From an uncultured Campylobacterales bacterium (GTDB taxonomy: Bacteria; Campylobacterota; Campylobacteria; Campylobacterales; Arcobacteraceae): a DNA stretch of 64,000 bases. Positions 39,664-48,845 of the stretch are shown piece after piece. Position numbers and translations under genes: made by a program. The first letter of the stretch is position 1; the number at the start of each line of letters is the position of its first letter. The stretch is taken from positions 780 through 64,779 of the forward strand of contig CANNFB010000013.1 in assembly GCA_947503785.1 (NCBI GenBank), in the 5' to 3' direction. Under the pieces are notes generated by a model, which had not been told where the DNA came from, did no database searches, and saw only the letters and a program-made list of their open reading frames with translations.

Positions 39664-39903
39664 AATTAATTTGGTAAAAATATTTTTACCAAATTAAAAT
39701 AAAACTTTTAAAAAAAACTAAATATTTATACTTCCCTAAAAATAGACCTTAACTCCTTCATAAATCAATAATATAAGTAAAATATAACTTCATAATAAGT
39801 AAAGTGAATATTAGTTTTTATTATATTTGTTTATCAATACAAAGAACTACTAAATAAGTATTAGTAATACTCTACATTTTAGTTTTAATTAAGATATTAA
39901 AAC

Positions 39904-39909
39904 TATAAT
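39904..39909 (+). promoter_or_regulatory. -10 box of the sox operon
   Basis: acTATAAT about 53 nt upstream of soxC ATG 39962, which has a GAGGAGG RBS. Confidence 0.55.
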
Positions 39910-39961
39910 TATATGTTTTAGTTGGTATTTAATGTATTGCCAAATTAAAAGAGGAGGGAAA

Positions 39962-41287
39962 ATGACGAAAATTAGTAAAAATTCTAATAAGAATTTGGAG
40001 TCAACTTCTATAGAGCAATCTAGTAGAAGAGACTTTTTTAAGAAAACAGCTATTTACTCAGCAAGTGCTTTAACTGCAGCTACAGTTTTATCGCCAATAA
40101 AATTAAAAGCTGATGATGAAAATATTACTCATCATGTTGACTGGGGAACAAAACTTGGTGATAAAGTTGATAAGTATCCATATGGAATACCTTCACCTTT
40201 TGAACATAATAATGTAAGACGTGTACATGACCTATTATCTTCTGGTGATAGATATGCAACTGTATCAATGTCTCCATTACACCAGCAAGAAGGTATTATT
40301 ACACCAAATGGTTTATTCTTCACAAGAAATCATGGTGGTACTGCGCAAATTGATCCTAATAAATTTAGACTTATGATTCATGGTTTAGTTAAAAAACCAA
40401 TTGTTTTAACTTTAGAACAATTAAAAAGATATCCATCTGAATCTAGAATTCACTTTATCGAGTGTCCTGCAAATGGTTCAACTGGATGGAGAGGACCTCA
40501 ATTTAATAATTTACAATTTGTTAAAGGGATGATGAGTTCTGCAGAATGGACTGGGGTAAAACTTAGTGTTTTACTAGAAGACTTAGGTCTTAAACCTGAA
40601 GCACAATGGGCTTTAGTTGAAGGTAGTGATAACTCAGAAATGGGAAGAACTATTCCAATTGAAAAGATTTTAGATGATGCAATGCTTGTTTGGGGACAAA
40701 ATGGTGAACCTTTACGTCCTGAACAAGGATATCCCGTAAGATTATTAGTACCTGGTTGGGAAGGTAATTTAAATGTTAAATGGGTTAAAAGAATAGAGTT
40801 TTCTGATAAACCATGGCATTCAAAAGAAGAAACATCTAAATATACAATGTTACAACCAAGTGGTAAGGCAATTAATTTCTTCTGGCCTATGGAAGTAAAC
40901 TCAATTATCACTTCACCATGTCCTGAAGTTCCATGGACTGATCTCAAAATTGGAGATATGGTTGAAATTAATGGAATTGCATGGTCTGGAAGAGGAACAA
41001 TTAAAACAGTTGATATCTCTTTAGATGGTGGTAAGAATTGGGTTGAAGCTCCACTTAAAGGTTTAGTATTACCTAAGTCTTGGACTAGATTTTCATATAT
41101 TATTAAATGGGATGGAAAGAAAAAAGTTCTATTATCTCGTGCAATAGATGATACAGGTCATATTCAACCTTCAATTGATAAATTAATTGGAAATGTTGGA
41201 GTTGAAGGTATTTACCATAGAAATCCAATCGTTGGATGGGAAGTAACATCAAAAGGAGTTGTAAATAATGTTCATGTTAGATCTTAA
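39962..41287 (+). CDS. soxC: Sulfane dehydrogenase molybdoprotein SoxC
   Basis: Tat signal SRRDFFK; TPNGLFFTRNHG, Moco Cys in IECPANG, EQGYPVR, PGWEGN..VKW. Confidence 0.95.
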   Translation: MTKISKNSNKNLESTSIEQSSRRDFFKKTAIYSASALTAATVLSPIKLKADDENITHHVDWGTKLGDKVDKYPYGIPSPFEHNNVRRVHDLLSSGDRYATVSMSPLHQQEGIITPNGLFFTRNHGGTAQIDPNKFRLMIHGLVKKPIVLTLEQLKRYPSESRIHFIECPANGSTGWRGPQFNNLQFVKGMMSSAEWTGVKLSVLLEDLGLKPEAQWALVEGSDNSEMGRTIPIEKILDDAMLVWGQNGEPLRPEQGYPVRLLVPGWEGNLNVKWVKRIEFSDKPWHSKEETSKYTMLQPSGKAINFFWPMEVNSIITSPCPEVPWTDLKIGDMVEINGIAWSGRGTIKTVDISLDGGKNWVEAPLKGLVLPKSWTRFSYIIKWDGKKKVLLSRAIDDTGHIQPSIDKLIGNVGVEGIYHRNPIVGWEVTSKGVVNNVHVRS

Positions 41288-42338
41288 AAAATCATTATTA
41301 GCTGTTGGTGTTTTATCTGCACTTATGATAACAAGTGCAACTGCTACTGAAAAGAAAAATATTGATGGTGCGGTTATATATCCTGTAAAAGATGGAATGT
41401 ATACAGGTTATGCTGTTAATGAACAAAAGAAAAAAGGTTTTAGTGCACACGGTAGAATGCCAACTGCAAATGAAATAAAAGCGTGGGATACAGATGTTAT
41501 GCCTGATGGGCATGGCTTGCCTGTTGGTGAAGGTTCTGTTGAAGAGGGTGACGAATTATACGAAGCACAATGTTCTATGTGTCATGGTGATTTTGGAGCT
41601 GGTGGAGTAGGTGGTTATCCTACATTAGCAGGAGGACAAGGTTCACTTAAAAACCAATTAGGTTTGGAAGGTACTGAAGGTCCTAGAAAAACTATTGGTT
41701 CTTATTGGCCATATGCAAGTACACTTTTTTGGTACATTAAAACTGCAATGCCTTTCCCTAATCCAAAATCTTTAACAGACAATGAAGTTTATGCAATTAC
41801 TGCATATTTATTATCTGTAAATGGCATTAAAGCTAATGGCGAAGAGATTGATGATGAGTTTGTTTTAAGTAACAAAAACTTCATGGATGTTAAGATGAAT
41901 AATCCTGATGGTTTCTACCCAGTACATCCAGATAGAAATGATCTTAAGGAACAAAGAGGTCCTTTAGCTCAAGGTGAAAGATGTATGAAAGATTGTATAC
42001 AACCAGAACCGATGAGTATTAATGCAGAAATTGATGTAGGATTTGATCCTATAATTAGTACTATAAAAGACTTGCCAAAAGTTGAAGAAACTGCTACAGT
42101 ATCAAAGGCTGCAATGGTTTATGAAACTAGTTGTAGTGCCTGTCATGCTAATGCAGCAATTGGAGCTCCTGTTCTTGGTGATAAAGAAGCTTGGGCTGAA
42201 GTTGTTGCTAAAGGAATTGACAAAGTTTATGCAAATGGAATTAATGGAATAAATGCTATGCCTCCTAAAGGTGGAGTAGATATATCTGATGAAGAATTTA
42301 ATAAAGTAGTTGATTATATGATTAACTCAAGTAAATAA
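41268..42338 (+). CDS. soxD: Diheme cytochrome c SoxD
   Basis: CSMCH and CSACH; KTIGSYWPYASTLFWYI..AMP; overlaps the soxC end. Confidence 0.9.
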   Translation: MFMLDLKKSLLAVGVLSALMITSATATEKKNIDGAVIYPVKDGMYTGYAVNEQKKKGFSAHGRMPTANEIKAWDTDVMPDGHGLPVGEGSVEEGDELYEAQCSMCHGDFGAGGVGGYPTLAGGQGSLKNQLGLEGTEGPRKTIGSYWPYASTLFWYIKTAMPFPNPKSLTDNEVYAITAYLLSVNGIKANGEEIDDEFVLSNKNFMDVKMNNPDGFYPVHPDRNDLKEQRGPLAQGERCMKDCIQPEPMSINAEIDVGFDPIISTIKDLPKVEETATVSKAAMVYETSCSACHANAAIGAPVLGDKEAWAEVVAKGIDKVYANGINGINAMPPKGGVDISDEEFNKVVDYMINSSK

Positions 42339-42351
42339 AAGAGGAGAACTA

Positions 42352-42702
42352 ATGAAATTAGCAAAAAGTTTACTAATAGCGTCAGCTATTAGTGGTTTAA
42401 TGGCAACAAGTAGTTTTGCAAACGATGATTTAGTTAAACAAGGTGAAAAGATTTTTATGACTAAAAATCTTGGTAACTGTTTAGCTTGTCATGCGGCAAA
42501 TGGAAAGAATGTAGATGGACCAGGAAGTATGGGACCAGAATTACAAGCTTTACAATATTGGCCAGAAGAAGCTTTATATCAAAAAATATATGACCCATAT
42601 ACAACTAATCCAATTTCAGCAATGCCTGCATTTGGTAAAAATGGTTGGTTAAGTGATTCACAAATTAAAGCAGTAGTTGCTTATTTAAAAACAATTAAAT
42701 AA
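42352..42702 (+). CDS. soxX: Cytochrome c SoxX
   Basis: Signal peptide; GNCLACH, GPEL, S.MP.FG. Confidence 0.92.
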   Translation: MKLAKSLLIASAISGLMATSSFANDDLVKQGEKIFMTKNLGNCLACHAANGKNVDGPGSMGPELQALQYWPEEALYQKIYDPYTTNPISAMPAFGKNGWLSDSQIKAVVAYLKTIK

Positions 42703-42721
42703 TATTATAAAAGGAAATAAA

Positions 42722-43171
42722 ATGAACAGAAGAAATTTTTTAAGCTTAGGATTAGGTGCATTAGCAGTTTCAATGGCACCATCAACTTTAAGTGCTATTA
42801 ACTTTAGAGAAACAAAACCAAAAGCATGGACTGCTAATAAAGTAGATGCAGCAATAAAAGAAATTTTTGGAGACGCAGCTAAAGGTGAAGGTAAAATTAA
42901 ATTAAAAGCTCCAGATATTGCTGAAAATGGTGCAGTTATTCCTGTAACAGTTTCTACAAAATTAAATGCTAAAACAGTTGCAATTTTCCAAGATGCAAAT
43001 CCAGAAAGTACGGTTGCAGTGTTTACTGTTCCTGAAAATGGAATTGTTGACTATTCAGTAAGAATTAAAATGGCTAAAACAGGTACAGTTACAGTTGTAG
43101 CATTAGTTGATGGAAAATTAATTTCAACTTCTAAACTTGTAAAAGTTACAATTGGTGGATGTGGAGGTTGA
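42722..43171 (+). CDS. soxY: Sulfur carrier SoxY
   Basis: Tat signal NRRNFL; PDIAENGAVIPV; C-terminal VTIGGCGG. Confidence 0.97.
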   Translation: MNRRNFLSLGLGALAVSMAPSTLSAINFRETKPKAWTANKVDAAIKEIFGDAAKGEGKIKLKAPDIAENGAVIPVTVSTKLNAKTVAIFQDANPESTVAVFTVPENGIVDYSVRIKMAKTGTVTVVALVDGKLISTSKLVKVTIGGCGG

Positions 43172-43238
43172 TTTAATTCAACACTTATATAGATATTAAT
43201 AAATTAAATAATGAATAGAAAATAAAAGGAAAAATATT

Positions 43239-43544
43239 ATGGCAAAAAAAACTAGAATTAAAGCAAAATTAAAAAAAGGTATTGTAACTGTTAAAGCATT
43301 AGCTTCACATGCAATGTTAAGTTATCAAGAAGCTGAAAAAGCTAAAAAAGAAGTTAACTTTATTACATATATGACAGCAAAAGTTAATGATAAAATTGTT
43401 TATGAAGTATCAACAAGTCAATTTTTATCTAAAAACCCATACATGAAATTTCAATTTAAGGGTGCTGAAAAAGGTGATAAAATTGAAATCACTTGGACAG
43501 ATTTAAAAGGCGAAACTCAAACGAGTTCGGCAAAAATTAAATAA
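43239..43544 (+). CDS. soxZ: SoxZ
   Basis: VKAL..H.M, S..LSKNPY..F; no signal peptide; follows soxY. Confidence 0.95.
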   Translation: MAKKTRIKAKLKKGIVTVKALASHAMLSYQEAEKAKKEVNFITYMTAKVNDKIVYEVSTSQFLSKNPYMKFQFKGAEKGDKIEITWTDLKGETQTSSAKIK

Positions 43545-43581
43545 TTACTTAATTGTAATTAACAAAATCTAAGGAGAGATC

Positions 43582-44517
43582 ATGTTATTTAAAATTGTAA
43601 GAGCTACAGCTTTAGCAGCACTAGTTACAAGTGCTTCTTTTGCTGGAGACTTTAATAAGCAAGCAGAAAAAGATAGAGAAGGAATTGTAAAATATTTTGA
43701 AGCAAAATTTGCTGACCCTGAAAAAAATAAAAATACATTTTTCCCATACTCTACAGATGATGAATTAAAGAATAATTTTATTAAAAATATCAAGGGTGAC
43801 GAATTTTCTAAAGGTGGTTATGCTTTTTCTAAAAATGGTAGATTATCTTATGATGAAATTAAAGAATTTCCACCAACAGAAGAGTTTGTAGAAAAAGGTG
43901 AAGAATTATTTAATAAGCCTTTTGCAAATGGAAAATCTTTTACAGATTGTTTTCCTAAAACAGATATTGCTGGTGAATATCCATTTTACGATGAAAAAAG
44001 AAGTCAACTTGTATCTTTAACTCAAGCTGTTAATGAGTGTTTAACTTCAAATGGTGAAAAGAAATGGAATGAGAAAAAAGGTAAAATGACTCATTTACAA
44101 GCCTTTTTAGCTCAAGAATCTTTAGATGCTGAAAAACGAGTTGATATTAAAATTGAAAGTAAGGCAGCAGCTGAAGCTTATGAAAGAGGAAAAGAATATT
44201 ACTTTTCTCAAAGAGGATATTTAAATCTTTCTTGTGCAACTTGTCATATTCAAGGTGCGGGACAAAGAGTTAGAAATGAATCTTTATCTCAAGGTTTAGG
44301 ACAAACTACACACTTCCCTGTTTTCAGATTAAAATGGGCAGCTGGAAAAGCTAGTAATGATGGTTTAGGTACTTTAGAGAGAAGAATGTCTGGATGTATT
44401 AAAGATCAAGGACAAGTTCCACCTAAAAATACTTCAGAAACAATGAAAGAATTATTATATTTCATGGCATATATATCAAATGGTTTACCAGTTGATGGCC
44501 CAGATATTAGAAAGTAA
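43582..44517 (+). CDS. soxA: Monoheme SoxA
   Basis: One CATCH; Cys pair SFTDCF..NECL at the degenerate first heme site; active site RRMSGC. Confidence 0.95.
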   Translation: MLFKIVRATALAALVTSASFAGDFNKQAEKDREGIVKYFEAKFADPEKNKNTFFPYSTDDELKNNFIKNIKGDEFSKGGYAFSKNGRLSYDEIKEFPPTEEFVEKGEELFNKPFANGKSFTDCFPKTDIAGEYPFYDEKRSQLVSLTQAVNECLTSNGEKKWNEKKGKMTHLQAFLAQESLDAEKRVDIKIESKAAAEAYERGKEYYFSQRGYLNLSCATCHIQGAGQRVRNESLSQGLGQTTHFPVFRLKWAAGKASNDGLGTLERRMSGCIKDQGQVPPKNTSETMKELLYFMAYISNGLPVDGPDIRK

Positions 44518-44520
44518 AAG

Positions 44521-44955
44521 GTGAAAATTATGAAAAAATTAACATTAAAAGTAGTTACATCTATTGCACTTTTAACTTCTGGATTTATTAGTGCTAATGC
44601 TAGTGATTATTCAAAAATCGATGTAGAAAAAGAGTGTAATTTAAAAACTCATGGAATTGTAAAGGTTATTGAAACTGCTAAAAAATACAATGATATTGCT
44701 AAAAAAGAAGGTCTAGAATTTAGAAGATTAGGAGTTAACACTTCTGGTTTAATTGCATCTGTTGAAGAAGCTATTAAAACAAAAGCAAAACAAGTTAATC
44801 CTAAAGATTTTAAAGGTAAAGCTTCAAAAACTAAGTTAGAAACTAGTTTCGCTGCTCATAGATCTTGTAAATTTGCTATTAGAGCATTACAGCAAGCCCA
44901 AGAAGCTAAATCTACTTGGAGATTAGCTATTCCTGGAGATGGATATAAATACTAA
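44521..44955 (+). CDS. Exported hypothetical protein between soxA and soxL/soxB
   Basis: Signal-peptide-like N-terminus (..SANA), two Cys, C-terminal WRLAIPGDGYKY. Start may be ATG 44530. Confidence 0.8.
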   Translation: MKIMKKLTLKVVTSIALLTSGFISANASDYSKIDVEKECNLKTHGIVKVIETAKKYNDIAKKEGLEFRRLGVNTSGLIASVEEAIKTKAKQVNPKDFKGKASKTKLETSFAAHRSCKFAIRALQQAQEAKSTWRLAIPGDGYKY

Positions 44956-44982
44956 ATTTTAGTATTAATAAAATTATAAAAT

Positions 44983-45015
44983 AAAAGTCAAGAATAACGT
45001 CTTGGCTTTTTTTTT
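44983..45015 (+). terminator. Intrinsic terminator inside the sox cluster
   Basis: AAAAGTCAAGA-ATAACG-TCTTGGCTTTT followed by a T9 run. Confidence 0.7.
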
Positions 45016-45036
45016 ACAAAAATATAAGGGATTAAT

Positions 45037-45690
45037 ATGAAATCATTAACTAAATTACTTATTTCAACTACATTTGTAGGATTATTAGCAACTTCAGGAA
45101 TAGCAGCAGAAGAGACATCAAATTTTGTAGCAATTTCAAAAGGTGTTAAATCAATTGATATGGAATTAAATGGTGAAAAATTCACTATTATGAGAAATCA
45201 AACTGCAGGAAATAAAATTTCTGCATTATATGATACTACATTTAGAGGTGCGCCTCAACCAATTAGTTTAGCTGAAGGTTTAGAAACTTTAGGTGAATTA
45301 GAGTTTATTGAATATATGAAAAAAGCTCAAACTGATGAAAATATTGCAATTATAGATTCAAGAAAACCAGGTTGGTTTGATAGATTAAGAATTCCAGGTG
45401 CTATAAATGTTCCCTTTACTAACTTTGATGAAAAAGGCACTGCAATTGAAATGATGGAAGATGAAATGGGTGTTGTTCAAAATGATGACGGTACTTTAGA
45501 TTTTTCTAATGCTAAAATATTAGCATTATATTGTAATGGTTACTGGTGTGGACAAACTCCAGGTATGGTTAAAAATGCAGAATTTGCATTATTAAAAATG
45601 GGATATCCAGTTGAAAAGATTAAATACTACAGAGGTGGTATGCAAGCTTGGACTTCTTTAGGTTTTACTGTTGTAGGATCTGGAAAATAA
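45037..45690 (+). CDS. Periplasmic SoxL-like rhodanese/sulfurtransferase
   Basis: Signal peptide; IDSR, IPGAINVP, two-Cys loop CNGYWCGQ, YYRGGMQAW. Confidence 0.85.
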   Translation: MKSLTKLLISTTFVGLLATSGIAAEETSNFVAISKGVKSIDMELNGEKFTIMRNQTAGNKISALYDTTFRGAPQPISLAEGLETLGELEFIEYMKKAQTDENIAIIDSRKPGWFDRLRIPGAINVPFTNFDEKGTAIEMMEDEMGVVQNDDGTLDFSNAKILALYCNGYWCGQTPGMVKNAEFALLKMGYPVEKIKYYRGGMQAWTSLGFTVVGSGK

Positions 45691-45714
45691 TTTAAACTAA
45701 AAATAGGAATAAAC

Positions 45715-47478
45715 ATGAGTAAATTAAGTAGAAGAGAATTTATATATATGATGTCAGTACTTGGTGCTGCACCTGTATTCGCAAATTCTCATACTAGAAT
45801 GACAGATACTAATAAATTAGAAGACTATTATAAATTACAAAATTTTGGTAACGTAAGACTTCTTCATATGACAGATTCTCATGCCCAATTAATGCCAGTA
45901 TATTTTAGAGAGCCAAGTGTAAACTTAGGTTTTCATGAAAACTATGGAAAGCCACCACATATTGTTGGTGAGAAGATGTTAGATTATTATGGAATTAAAG
46001 GTAACAAAAGATTAGAATATGCATTTTCATGTGTAAACTTTGAAAAACATGCAAAAGCTATGGGTAGAGTTGGTGGTTTTGCACAACTTAAAACTGTAAT
46101 TGATCACTTAAGAAACAACTTTGGTGCTGAAAAAACACTTATGTTAGATGGTGGAGATACTTGGCAAGGAAGTGCAACAGCTCTTTACACTAGAGGTAAA
46201 GACATGGTTGGTGCAATGAACTTACTTGGTGTTGATATTGCTGTTGGACACTGGGAGTTTACTTACAAAGCTGAAGAAATTTTAGCAAATGTAAAAGAAC
46301 TTGATGCAGAATTCCTAGCTCAAAACGTTTTTGTAAAAGAAGATGCTTTAATGAATGGTGCTGAAGCTTATGATGAAGATTCAGGATTAGCTTTTAAACC
46401 TTATACAATTAAAAAAATGGGTAATGCTAGAGTTGCAGTTATTGGACAAGCTTTCCCTTATACTACTATTGCAAATCCTCAAAGATTTATTCCCGATTGG
46501 ACTTTTGGGATTAAAGATGAAGAGATGCAAGATTTAGTTGATACTATAAGAGAAGAAGAAAAACCAGATGCAGTTATTGTTCTTTCTCATAATGGTTTTG
46601 ATGTTGATCAAAAAATGGCAGAAGTTTGTACAGGAATTGATTTTATTATGGGTGGACATACTCATGATGGTGTTCCTGAAGCAGTTCCTGTTAAAAATGA
46701 AAATGGTACTACTTATGTATGTAATGCAGGTTCAAATGGTAAATTCTTAAATGTTCTAGATTTAGATATTCAAAATGGAAAAATTGTTGATCATAAATTT
46801 ACACTTCTTCCAATTTTCTCTGATTTAGTTCCAGAAGATAAAGAGATGAAATCATATATTGAAAAAGTAAGATTACCTTATATTAAAGATTTAAATAGAA
46901 CTATTGCTACTACTGAAGAAACTCTATTTAGACGTGGTAACTTTAATGGTTCTTGGGATCAGATTATTTGTGATGCTTTAATTGATGTTAAAGGTGCAGA
47001 TATTTCTCTTTCTCCTGGATTTAGATGGGGTACAACAGTAATGCCTGGTCAAGATATTACATTTGATGATTTAATGACTCAAACTGCTATGACTTATCCA
47101 GAAACTTATGCAAGAGATATTACAGGTCAAGGAATCAAAGATATCTTAGAAGATGTTGCTGATAACTTATTTAACGCAGATCCTTTCTATCAACAAGGTG
47201 GGGATATGGTTAGAACTGGTGGTATTTCTTATAAAATTGATCCAAAAGCTAAGATGGGTAAAAGAATTACTGATATTCAACTTACAAAAAATGGTAAAAA
47301 ACTTGAAGCTAGTAAATCTTACAAAGTTGCAGGTTGGTCAACTGTTGGTTCTAAATCACCAGGTGAGCCAGTATGGGAAACAGTTGAGACTTACTTAGGG
47401 AATGTAAAACATATTGTAAACTTAAGAGTTGATACTCCTGATATTATTGGTGTTAAAAACAACCCTGGAATCGTTTAG
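45715..47478 (+). CDS. soxB: Thiosulfohydrolase SoxB
   Basis: Tat SRREFI; TDSHAQL..YFREPS, DGGDTWQGS, GHWEF, GGHTHD, SPGFRWG. Confidence 0.98.
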   Translation: MSKLSRREFIYMMSVLGAAPVFANSHTRMTDTNKLEDYYKLQNFGNVRLLHMTDSHAQLMPVYFREPSVNLGFHENYGKPPHIVGEKMLDYYGIKGNKRLEYAFSCVNFEKHAKAMGRVGGFAQLKTVIDHLRNNFGAEKTLMLDGGDTWQGSATALYTRGKDMVGAMNLLGVDIAVGHWEFTYKAEEILANVKELDAEFLAQNVFVKEDALMNGAEAYDEDSGLAFKPYTIKKMGNARVAVIGQAFPYTTIANPQRFIPDWTFGIKDEEMQDLVDTIREEEKPDAVIVLSHNGFDVDQKMAEVCTGIDFIMGGHTHDGVPEAVPVKNENGTTYVCNAGSNGKFLNVLDLDIQNGKIVDHKFTLLPIFSDLVPEDKEMKSYIEKVRLPYIKDLNRTIATTEETLFRRGNFNGSWDQIICDALIDVKGADISLSPGFRWGTTVMPGQDITFDDLMTQTAMTYPETYARDITGQGIKDILEDVADNLFNADPFYQQGGDMVRTGGISYKIDPKAKMGKRITDIQLTKNGKKLEASKSYKVAGWSTVGSKSPGEPVWETVETYLGNVKHIVNLRVDTPDIIGVKNNPGIV

Positions 47479-47499
47479 TATTTCTTAGATTAAAAAATG

Positions 47500-47571
47500 A
47501 AAAAGTATAAAGATTTATCTTTATACTTTATTCAATTTAATAAGTAGTTTTACCCAACTATTTATTAAATT
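47500..47571. terminator. Two AT-rich hairpins after soxB
   Basis: AAGTATAAAGA..TCTTTATACTT and AATTTAATAAGTAGTT-TTACCC-AACTATTTATTAAATT. Confidence 0.5.
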
Positions 47572-47588
47572 GAATAAAGGAATATTTA

Positions 47589-48395
47589 TTGATTAAAAAA
47601 GGACTTTTACTAATATTTATAATTTTTATTAGTAATTTAAATGCAAATTATGAAAAAGGACAAGAGATCTTTTTAGAAAAATGTTCATCTTGCCATGGCG
47701 ATTTTATTGATATGAAACTACTCAAAACTAATTTTTTTGAAAAAGACAATAAGGTTTTAAACCTTACCACTCCAACAGTAAATATGCTAGCTTATGCAAT
47801 CATTGATAGTCCAAAGCACATAGGTGATAATGAAGATCCTGAAATGCAACAAATTGAAATAGAAGAGTTTTTAAAAAGCTATCTTAAAAACCCAGATTTA
47901 AACAATAGTATTTGTGAACCATCTATTATTAAGTATTATGATAAAAAAGAGTTTGTAGATTATAAATTAAATGATGAAGATATATCAAATTTAGCAATTT
48001 ATTTCATGGATTACAAAAAACGAAGATTAGAAAAGAATCCAAAGAAAGTAAGAATATTATCAAATGATTTCAATGAAGAAGAACTATTAAAAGAAGCAAA
48101 AGAATCTAATAAAAAAATATTAGTTTATGCAACTTCTAAAACTTGCCATTTTTGTAAGAAAATGGATAAAGAAGTTCTTAGTTTAAATGATGTTGAAGAA
48201 GAAGTACAAAAAGATTTTATTTTCTTAAAAGTTGATATAGAAGAAGTTTCTTTGCCCTTTAATCTTGCAAAAGGATATAGAGGAATGACACCAACTTTCT
48301 TTTCACTTAGTAATGAAGGAAAACTTGAAAACAAATATCCAGGTTCTTGGAATAAAAATGACTTTTTATTGATATTAAAGGAAAACAAAAAATAA
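47589..48395 (+). CDS. Cytochrome c - thioredoxin-fold (SoxW-like) fusion protein
   Basis: Signal peptide, CSSCH (aa 32-36), CHFC (aa 186-189), cis-Pro loop GMTPTF. TTG start. Confidence 0.82.
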   Translation: MIKKGLLLIFIIFISNLNANYEKGQEIFLEKCSSCHGDFIDMKLLKTNFFEKDNKVLNLTTPTVNMLAYAIIDSPKHIGDNEDPEMQQIEIEEFLKSYLKNPDLNNSICEPSIIKYYDKKEFVDYKLNDEDISNLAIYFMDYKKRRLEKNPKKVRILSNDFNEEELLKEAKESNKKILVYATSKTCHFCKKMDKEVLSLNDVEEEVQKDFIFLKVDIEEVSLPFNLAKGYRGMTPTFFSLSNEGKLENKYPGSWNKNDFLLILKENKK

Positions 48396-48845
48396 ATGAA
48401 AAATATTGGAAAAGTAATTGAAATTTTTAGTGCTGATAAAAGTTCATCTGGACTTCCCCGACCTATAGTAAAACAGCTTGAAGCAATAAAAGGTTTTGGA
48501 ATAAGGAACGATAAGTTTGCAGGAAAAGATAAAGATAAGTCAGTAATGGTTGTGGGAATGAAAGCTTATGATATTTCAAAAGAAAACGGAATAAATTTAG
48601 AATTTGGAAGTTTTGGAGAAAATATATTATTTGATTTTGATCCACATAACTTTAAAATAGGAAGTATTTTAAAAGTAGGTGAGGTTGAGTTAGAGATAAC
48701 ACAAGCTTGCACAATTTGTAACCACTTGAGCGTTTTTGGAAAAGAATTACCATTTTTAGTAAAACATCATAGAGGTTTATATTGTAGAGTTTTAAATAAT
48801 GGTAAAATAGTAAAAAGTATTCAAGTTACAAAAAAGGATAATTAA
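48396..48845 (+). CDS. MOSC-domain protein
   Basis: GKVIEIF, G...DK..G, FGENI, ELEITQACTIC, RGLYCRV..GKI. Confidence 0.85.
   Translation: MKNIGKVIEIFSADKSSSGLPRPIVKQLEAIKGFGIRNDKFAGKDKDKSVMVVGMKAYDISKENGINLEFGSFGENILFDFDPHNFKIGSILKVGEVELEITQACTICNHLSVFGKELPFLVKHHRGLYCRVLNNGKIVKSIQVTKKDN

Noticed and set aside
43169-43171. TGA after the Cys-rich ends of soxY (and moaD at 5944-5946) as possible selenocysteine
   Set aside because: GGCGG and GG must be free C-termini for function, so these are true stops.
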